Shown here one piece after another: positions 14,745-20,004 of a stretch of DNA of 20,004 nt. Position numbers and translations under genes: made by a program. The notes beneath the pieces were generated by a model. That model was not told the DNA's origin. It saw only the letters and a list, made by a program, of their open reading frames with translations, and did no database searches. This DNA comes from an uncultured Lyngbya sp. GTDB lineage: Bacteria; Cyanobacteriota; Cyanobacteriia; Cyanobacteriales; Microcoleaceae. The stretch spans positions 1 through 20,004 of the forward strand of contig CAYNXM010000357.1 of the NCBI GenBank assembly GCA_964401105.1. Reading direction: 5' to 3'. The number at the start of each line of letters is the position of its first letter. Within the stretch, counting starts at the first letter, position 1.

Positions 14745-14905
14745 TATGAATGACTAACTCATTGGCATTCTGGCTTGTTGGTTTTAAAGGCTATTTAGAG
14801 GAATAATTGAAACAGTCCAACTCACAGTTGCCGCACAGCCCCGGACTTTCACCGATGTTTCCCTATCAGTTAGCAATGCCCATCATAACAGGTTCACCGA
14901 GAAAT
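14745..14905 (-). promoter_or_regulatory. Cobalamin (B12) riboswitch in the cbiX leader
   Basis: The reverse complement reads ..CTGATAGGGAAACATCGGTGAAAGTCCGGGGCTGTGCGGCAACTGTGAG.. This matches the conserved core AGGGAA/GGTGAAA.TCC/GCTG..CGGCAACTGT. It is followed by a B12-box-like AAGCCAGAATGCC (14763-14775). The element ends about 40 nt upstream of the cbiX ATG. Confidence 0.8.
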
Positions 14906-15020
14906 AATCATTAAATTTCCTTGAATTCATCGATGGTAGACTGGCAGGATCAAGAACATGAGGATACAATTCTGTGTGATAGACTCTACTTCTAACCTTG
15001 CTGTCTTGGATTCTGCTGAC

Positions 15021-15290
15021 ATGAATGAACCAACCATTGATACACAGGAAAGCTTACCGCGTGAGGTCAGGGTTAACCAATTACGGAACCTGATTGAAAC
15101 CTTACACGTTGCTGATGAAATTGCTGCTAAAGGCTACTTAATCAGTAGTTCTGAATTAGCTGATTTGATGGATGTTAATGCCAGTGCTGTTACCAGCCGT
15201 GGGGATAACTGGGCTTGGCGCAATTGGGAAGTCTCCCGAGTCAGACGTGAAGGCAATCAAATTTTGTGGCAATTAGAACGAGTAGATTAA
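15021..15290 (+). CDS. Small conserved-looking hypothetical protein with an HTH-like segment
   Basis: I trimmed the track ORF to the ATG at 15021 (MNEPTIDTQ...). The longer version would overlap the riboswitch promoter region. LISSSELADLMDVNASAVTSRG looks like a helix-turn-helix. No family is recognised. Confidence 0.5.
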   Translation: MNEPTIDTQESLPREVRVNQLRNLIETLHVADEIAAKGYLISSSELADLMDVNASAVTSRGDNWAWRNWEVSRVRREGNQILWQLERVD

Positions 15291-15714
15291 TCTTCTTGAC
15301 TAGTTCGACTGAATTCACATCTGATAACCTGCCTTCAGGATAAGCTAAGTTAACCCTCGCATATTGACCCCAAACTATTGGGTTTTACACCTTCGCTCCT
15401 CACTTTTTACAGGTTAAGTTTGATCTCTATTTGTCTTCGGCTTAACCCAGGGTTACATCAAGAAAAATCATGATGATCGACCTCACCATCACACTGACCG
15501 TTGCTTCTTTTTCTTGCCCCAAGCTATGAGATTGGTGCAAGAATTTTATTGCTAATCACAAATAGCATTGCTCAGGGCTGCATTATATGTGAATCACACT
15601 CACAACTGCAACCTCAACGAATGATTCTGCTAATGGGTTCGACTAACCCAATTAATTCAGCAATACTAAAAGCGGCTAATAAGATAGTATTTCTTAGCCG
15701 TCGATTATCTATTA

Positions 15715-16974
15715 TTATCCATAAACTCTTCCACGCCATTTTTGCGGTTGACGAGTGGCTGAGAGAAATAGCCGGATGACTGCTAAACTATCAGCAAACG
15801 GAGACAGCCAAAAAACCCAGGGTGTTGAGGCGGTTTTTAGATCATAGGAGGACACAATAGCACCACACAAGGCAAAGCGAATAATGACTAAAAATCCATT
15901 GAACAACAGCAAAATTTGTAGGAATAAGGGCATCGGCGTTTGAGAAAATCCGACCCAACTTAGCAGTAATAACAATAGGGGTAAAGGTAATCCTTGGACT
16001 ACTAATAATAGCCCTAAATCTCCCCACAATTGCCCTTTTGAACAGGCATCTTTAAGATCTAGCGATCGCCCCCAACCCTCCCAAGTGTCCCAAAAGCCAT
16101 CATACATTCGCACTTTTAACACATTTCCCCCATCCAAAAAGCCGACTTTGAACCCTTTGGTTGCTACATTACGGGCTAAGGTAACATCATCACAAAATGA
16201 ACCTTTAGCTGTGCTATAGCCTTCTAATTGCTCTAAAATAGAACGACGACACAAAAACCCTTGGCCGTTTGCCATCACTCTTTCGGGACTGCTGGGGGTG
16301 ATATCCGGTGGGCCGTAACGGTAGACTAAAGTGATCAGTAAAGCCGGTTGCAGCCACAACTCACCGGGAGACTTAAGGATGAATTGAGAGGATAAAGAAA
16401 TCAGATCGTATCCTTCCTCAGTTGCGGTTTTGAGTAAACTGGCGCTTAAGCCGGGATGGGGTTGAGTATCGGCATCAATTCCCAGTATCCACTCACTTTT
16501 GGGGGAACTACATTGAAACCCGGTATGCAATGCCCAGGGCCGCCCTACCCAACCGGGAGGCAGGGGATCGTCGGTAATCAGGCGAAACCGAGGATCGTTT
16601 TGGGCGGCGGCTTTTACCATCTCCTGCGTTCCATCCACGGAGTGGCTATCTACAACCAATATTTCGCGGACTTCATAGCTTTGACGGGTTAACCCCTGTA
16701 AACAAGGAGAAAGCCGTTCTGCTTCATTTAACGTGGGCACAACAATACTCACTTTGCCCAACATTTCTCCTGTTGCAGTTTGGGGTTGAAGGGGGGGGCG
16801 ACGAGTTAAGCCTTTGAATAAACGGGAGAGTAATATAGCAGTTGCTGGAACTTGTAAGAATAGTAGAATGAAGGCGATCGCACTCAATTCTACGGTTAAA
16901 TTTGATATTTCAATCATAAAAATTAGGGAATAACAAATAACAAACCCCACCCATTTTGGGAGGGGCTGCTTCAA
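15715..16974 (-). CDS. Membrane-bound family 2 glycosyltransferase (GT-A fold flanked by TM segments)
   Basis: VSIVVPTLNEAERL....L..Q.....EILVVDS.S.DGT is the GT2 N-terminal signature, and GIDADT is the DxD-like motif. Hydrophobic segments occur at both ends. An alternative start is the ATG at 16917. The architecture resembles carotenoid/lipid glycosyltransferases (CrtQ/CruG type), but I cannot confirm that assignment. Confidence 0.8.
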   Translation of the reverse strand: MKQPLPKWVGFVICYSLIFMIEISNLTVELSAIAFILLFLQVPATAILLSRLFKGLTRRPPLQPQTATGEMLGKVSIVVPTLNEAERLSPCLQGLTRQSYEVREILVVDSHSVDGTQEMVKAAAQNDPRFRLITDDPLPPGWVGRPWALHTGFQCSSPKSEWILGIDADTQPHPGLSASLLKTATEEGYDLISLSSQFILKSPGELWLQPALLITLVYRYGPPDITPSSPERVMANGQGFLCRRSILEQLEGYSTAKGSFCDDVTLARNVATKGFKVGFLDGGNVLKVRMYDGFWDTWEGWGRSLDLKDACSKGQLWGDLGLLLVVQGLPLPLLLLLLSWVGFSQTPMPLFLQILLLFNGFLVIIRFALCGAIVSSYDLKTASTPWVFWLSPFADSLAVIRLFLSATRQPQKWRGRVYG

Positions 16975-17009
16975 TTAGCTTACAAGGTTATTGTAATCTG
17001 CTGTAAGTA

Positions 17010-18602
17010 TTAGGACTGATAACTGATCTTTAAACTCTCAGGTTCAGCTAAATTTCCTTCTAACATTACCCCACGTTCATTGGCGGCTAAATGACGGATA
17101 ATTTTGTAAGCGGCTTCAATTTCGTCTGTGGCGCTTGCTTTTTCCACTAATGTCGTTAAAGGTAAAGCAGTCTCTGTTTCTTTCAGCACATTTAACAGAC
17201 GAGTTTGCAGATCTAAAATAGCGGCGGCAGCTTTTTTTCCAGCTTCTACACCGGGTTGATGATAAGCGTTAATTCCCACCAAAAATGCATATAAACTAAC
17301 TGCCCGTTCATATAACGCAATTAAAGCACCGACCATTTTTGGCGTAACTGCTGGAACAGTAATAGTGATTGAGTCTCGCTTGTTTTCGTACAAAGCCGCC
17401 CGAGTTCCTTGTAGAAAACCCGACAAATAATCTCCAGCGGTGACATCGGGTTCTAATTCAGGAGAAGAACTTCTGCGATCTTTTAACACTTCAATAAACG
17501 TCACGAAAAAGTTAGCAATACCATCCCGGAGTTGCTGAACATAAGCGTGTTGATCGGTCGATCCTTTATTGCCATACACGGCTATTCCCTGATTAACAAT
17601 ATTACCTTCTAAATCTTTTTCTTTCCCTAAAGACTCCATTACCAATTGTTGTAAATATCGACTAAACAACAGCAACCGATCTTTGTAGGGCAACACTACC
17701 ATATCTTTTTTCCCTTGTCCGTCTCCGGCATAATACCAAGACATTGCCAGTAACGCCGCTGGGTTGGTTTTGATATCCGGTTTACGGGTGGCGACATCCA
17801 TTTCTTTTGCCCCGGCCAACATTGCCTGTATATCAATGCCCTGCAACGCCGCTGGTAATAACCCCACTACCGATAACTCTGAAGTTCGTCCCCCTATCCA
17901 GTCTGCCATCGGGAAGATCTCTAACCAGCCTTCTGAGTCTGCTTGTTTGTAGAGTTTACTACCGGTCATGGTGGTGGCGATCGCGTGTTGGCTAAAATTT
18001 AACCCTCTGGCTTCATAGGCTAACTTCACCTCTTTCATGCCGTTGCGGGGTTCGGGGGTGCCTCCCGACTTAGAAATAACCAGGGTTAACGTACTATGAA
18101 GCTGATCTCTGAGGCGATGTAATATCCGATCTATTCCAGCCGGATCGCTATTATCAATAAAATGAATATTAATGGGTGGATCGAGTGGGGCTAAGGCTTC
18201 CGCAACAAATTGCGGCCCTAATGCGGATCCCCCAATACCAATAGACAATAATTCAGTAAATTTAGGGGCAGTGGGGGGTTTAATGTTGCCATTATGAATT
18301 TTTTTCACAAATGCGGCAATTTGTTCGAGAGGTTGAACAATTTCTTGTTTAATATCCGCCGAAGGGGCTAATTCTGGATCGCGCAACCAATAATGGCCCA
18401 CCATCCGATCTTCATCGGGGTTGGCAATTTCCCCTGCTTCAAGTGCTTCCATGTCCTCAAAAGCCTGTTCAAACTTGGGTTTCATGCTTTCAAAGAAGGC
18501 ATCATCAAACCGCATTCGACTGACATCGAGGTAGAATTCTAACCCTTCATGGTAATACAGCCAATTTTGGTAACGTTGCCACAGTGCAGAAGCGTCCATC
18601 AT
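17010..18602 (-). CDS. pgi: Glucose-6-phosphate isomerase
   Basis: The ORF is 530 aa with the cyanobacterial-type PGI N-terminus [23 protein letters not shown]. It also carries [20 protein letters not shown] and [11 protein letters not shown]. Confidence 0.95.
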   Translation of the reverse strand: MMDASALWQRYQNWLYYHEGLEFYLDVSRMRFDDAFFESMKPKFEQAFEDMEALEAGEIANPDEDRMVGHYWLRDPELAPSADIKQEIVQPLEQIAAFVKKIHNGNIKPPTAPKFTELLSIGIGGSALGPQFVAEALAPLDPPINIHFIDNSDPAGIDRILHRLRDQLHSTLTLVISKSGGTPEPRNGMKEVKLAYEARGLNFSQHAIATTMTGSKLYKQADSEGWLEIFPMADWIGGRTSELSVVGLLPAALQGIDIQAMLAGAKEMDVATRKPDIKTNPAALLAMSWYYAGDGQGKKDMVVLPYKDRLLLFSRYLQQLVMESLGKEKDLEGNIVNQGIAVYGNKGSTDQHAYVQQLRDGIANFFVTFIEVLKDRRSSSPELEPDVTAGDYLSGFLQGTRAALYENKRDSITITVPAVTPKMVGALIALYERAVSLYAFLVGINAYHQPGVEAGKKAAAAILDLQTRLLNVLKETETALPLTTLVEKASATDEIEAAYKIIRHLAANERGVMLEGNLAEPESLKISYQS

Positions 18603-18835
18603 AATATCTATTTTCCACTATCGAGATAGGAATCAAAGCCGCGTTGATTACAAATTACCGCAGGATCAGCCTGCTGTACTCTTGCACAGTTGGCGATCGC
18701 CTCCAGTAATTCAGCCCTAGCGCCCCTAATCTACCATGAGTTAACAACTTCAAGATACTTCATTCAGAAAATCTACAGATTATATTATCCTTACGCCTTG
18801 TTTTTCGGGGACTTCTCGAGTCAGTCCACATCAAT

Positions 18836-19489
18836 TCACTGCTGAAATTGACTCATGAGTTTAGCTAAAACTTCTGATTGGTCGGTTTCTCGGCTGCGAC
18901 GCAATGCTTCTTCCAATACAGTTAAATTTAGACCACTGAGAACTTGAGACTGTTGAATTCGTTGGCTACCTAATTCTCTCTCAGAATTTAATATTTTATA
19001 AGCAATAATTTCAGGAGTATTAACATCAACAATCCAATATTCTTTTACCCCTAACTCTTCATACAAGCTTCGTTTTGTTCCCAGATCGTCAAGTAAAGAA
19101 CTTTTAGCAATTTCAATCACTAAATCGGGTGGTGGATACTGATCTAAATTCACAATTCCAGTCCCCGCTGGAATGGCTTTAGTTTTTTCTTTAACATAGC
19201 AGGCAATATCCGGTTGACACTCTCGAAGACCCGATTTCCGAAAGGAACAAGTATCTAGGCTATTGACAGAAATCTGTTTTAGTGCTGCATAGAGTCCAAT
19301 TGCAACAATAAGTATAACGTGATCTTTTCCATGGTCAAAACTTACAGGTAGCATTTCAATCCTCAGATTTCCTCGATAGTAATAACTCTTTGATTTTTGA
19401 TAAATGGGATCTTCTATCAATTCAATATATTGCTTCCAGGGAATTTTTATCCAAGTCTCAGTTTGTAGTTGAGTTTCCAGTTGAGCCAT
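18836..19489 (-). CDS. Uma2-family (DUF820) PD-(D/E)xK endonuclease-like protein
   Basis: Pattern elements are YYYRGNLRIEM.PVS.DHG, QPDIACYV, PPDLVIEIAKSS...D...K..LYEELGVKEYWIVD. Confidence 0.85.
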   Translation of the reverse strand: MAQLETQLQTETWIKIPWKQYIELIEDPIYQKSKSYYYRGNLRIEMLPVSFDHGKDHVILIVAIGLYAALKQISVNSLDTCSFRKSGLRECQPDIACYVKEKTKAIPAGTGIVNLDQYPPPDLVIEIAKSSLLDDLGTKRSLYEELGVKEYWIVDVNTPEIIAYKILNSERELGSQRIQQSQVLSGLNLTVLEEALRRSRETDQSEVLAKLMSQFQQ

Positions 19490-19731
19490 CTCTGCATCTC
19501 CATTAATGATTTTATTATAATACTATTTTTCTATAAAATTACACTCGATGGCGATTATCTCAATCGTTCTATAACTCCCCGAGGGTTTAATTAAGGGGAT
19601 ATAAGGAGGTGATAATGGCAACAATCACCCATAAATTGATATCCGTTACTTTAATAATTTTAACGCCATAAGTACTAAGCATTTTTGAGTCTAATTTATA
19701 ATGAATTTTATTCAATAATTAGTTAGTCAAT

Positions 19732-20004
19732 TTAATTCGAGAAATTAATAGTATTTGTATTGGCGTTCGCGTAGCGTGCCTTCAGGCATATCGCGCTAAT
19801 AGTATTAATAGAAACTTCTGAAAAGTATTGACGGATAAATTGTTCTTCTTGGATGGCATTAATAAAAGCTTGCAGTGCCGGATAGCAGTCCGAATTAGAG
19901 AGATTTTTAATATCTTCTTTTTGATTTATATAGAAAGCGAGATCCCTATATTTAATTTCAAATCCAAGCTGCTGTAAACATTCAAATCCTAACTTTAATG
20001 GTAT
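19732..20004 (-). CDS. Hypothetical protein, C-terminal 90 codons (5' end beyond the window)
   Basis: My translation of the minus strand from 20004 is stop-free to the TAA (reverse complement of 19732-19734). It reads IPLKLGFECLQQLGFEIKYRDLAFYINQKEDIK...QYFSEVSINTISAICLKARYANANTNTINFSN. No family is recognised. The last ~20 codons read through a GC-rich repeat-like patch. Confidence 0.45.
   Translation of the reverse strand: MPLKLGFECLQQLGFEIKYRDLAFYINQKEDIKNLSNSDCYPALQAFINAIQEEQFIRQYFSEVSINTISAICLKARYANANTNTINFSN

Noticed and set aside
15366-15450. Yfr1-like small RNA: an unpaired GCUCCUCACUU between two hairpins (CCCAA-ACTA-TTGGG, and GGTTAAG..CTTAACC)
   Set aside because: Only 8 of the 11 positions of the ACUCCUCACAC motif match. 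The second hairpin has a 22-nt loop and no U tract. The first hairpin plus TTTT is more simply a weak terminator for the 15021-15290 ORF.
15636-15660. tRNA T-arm-like GGGTTCGACTAACCC
   Set aside because: The loop is 5 nt rather than 7, and there is no acceptor, D or anticodon arm around it.
15470-15779. A 19-codon ORF (MMIDLTITLTVASFSCPKL, 15470-15529) and the 92-aa track ORF at 15501-15779
   Set aside because: Neither has a ribosome-binding site or a recognisable family. The 92-aa ORF starts at a non-ATG codon and overlaps the convergent GT2 gene end.

Overview
The window is cyanobacterial chromosome. I count about a dozen HIP1 octamers (GCGATCGC), and the gene set is typically cyanobacterial. 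Low GC and G/C-hairpin mini-repeats suggest a filamentous Oscillatoriales-type genome, but the genus cannot be called from this sequence. From left to right the window holds these elements. (1) The 5' 750 codons of a giant DUF4347 adhesin-like gene on the minus strand. It is missing from the ORF track because it runs off the window edge, and it carries an in-frame 60-bp mini-element insertion. (2) About 1 kb of ORF-free AT-rich spacer. (3) A secreted TPR protein. (4) Cytochrome c6 (petJ) divergent from a BlaI/CopY repressor and an M56 BlaR1-like protease operon, which matches the PetR/PetP copper-switch module. (5) Two tandem copies of a roughly 406-bp noncoding module, each with a conserved TTGACA-N18-TATGAT promoter. 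The second copy carries a palindromic insertion. (6) acs. (7) A decaying accessory island between acs and cbiX. It contains a small helical ORF with a G/N/T-rich tail, then a multiply disrupted NB-ARC/TPR (NLR-like STAND) gene, a PIN toxin-antitoxin pair, a YoeB toxin with a chimeric antitoxin, and truncated xisH, xisI and MNT nucleotidyltransferase remnants. (8) cbiX behind a cobalamin riboswitch. (9) A small HTH-like ORF, a membrane GT2 glycosyltransferase, pgi, a Uma2 endonuclease and a partial ORF. I found no rRNA, tRNA, CRISPR array or intact transposase. The items most worth follow-up are the tandem promoter-bearing noncoding module and the helical-ORF/NLR pair. No single intact novel multi-gene system is evident to me.
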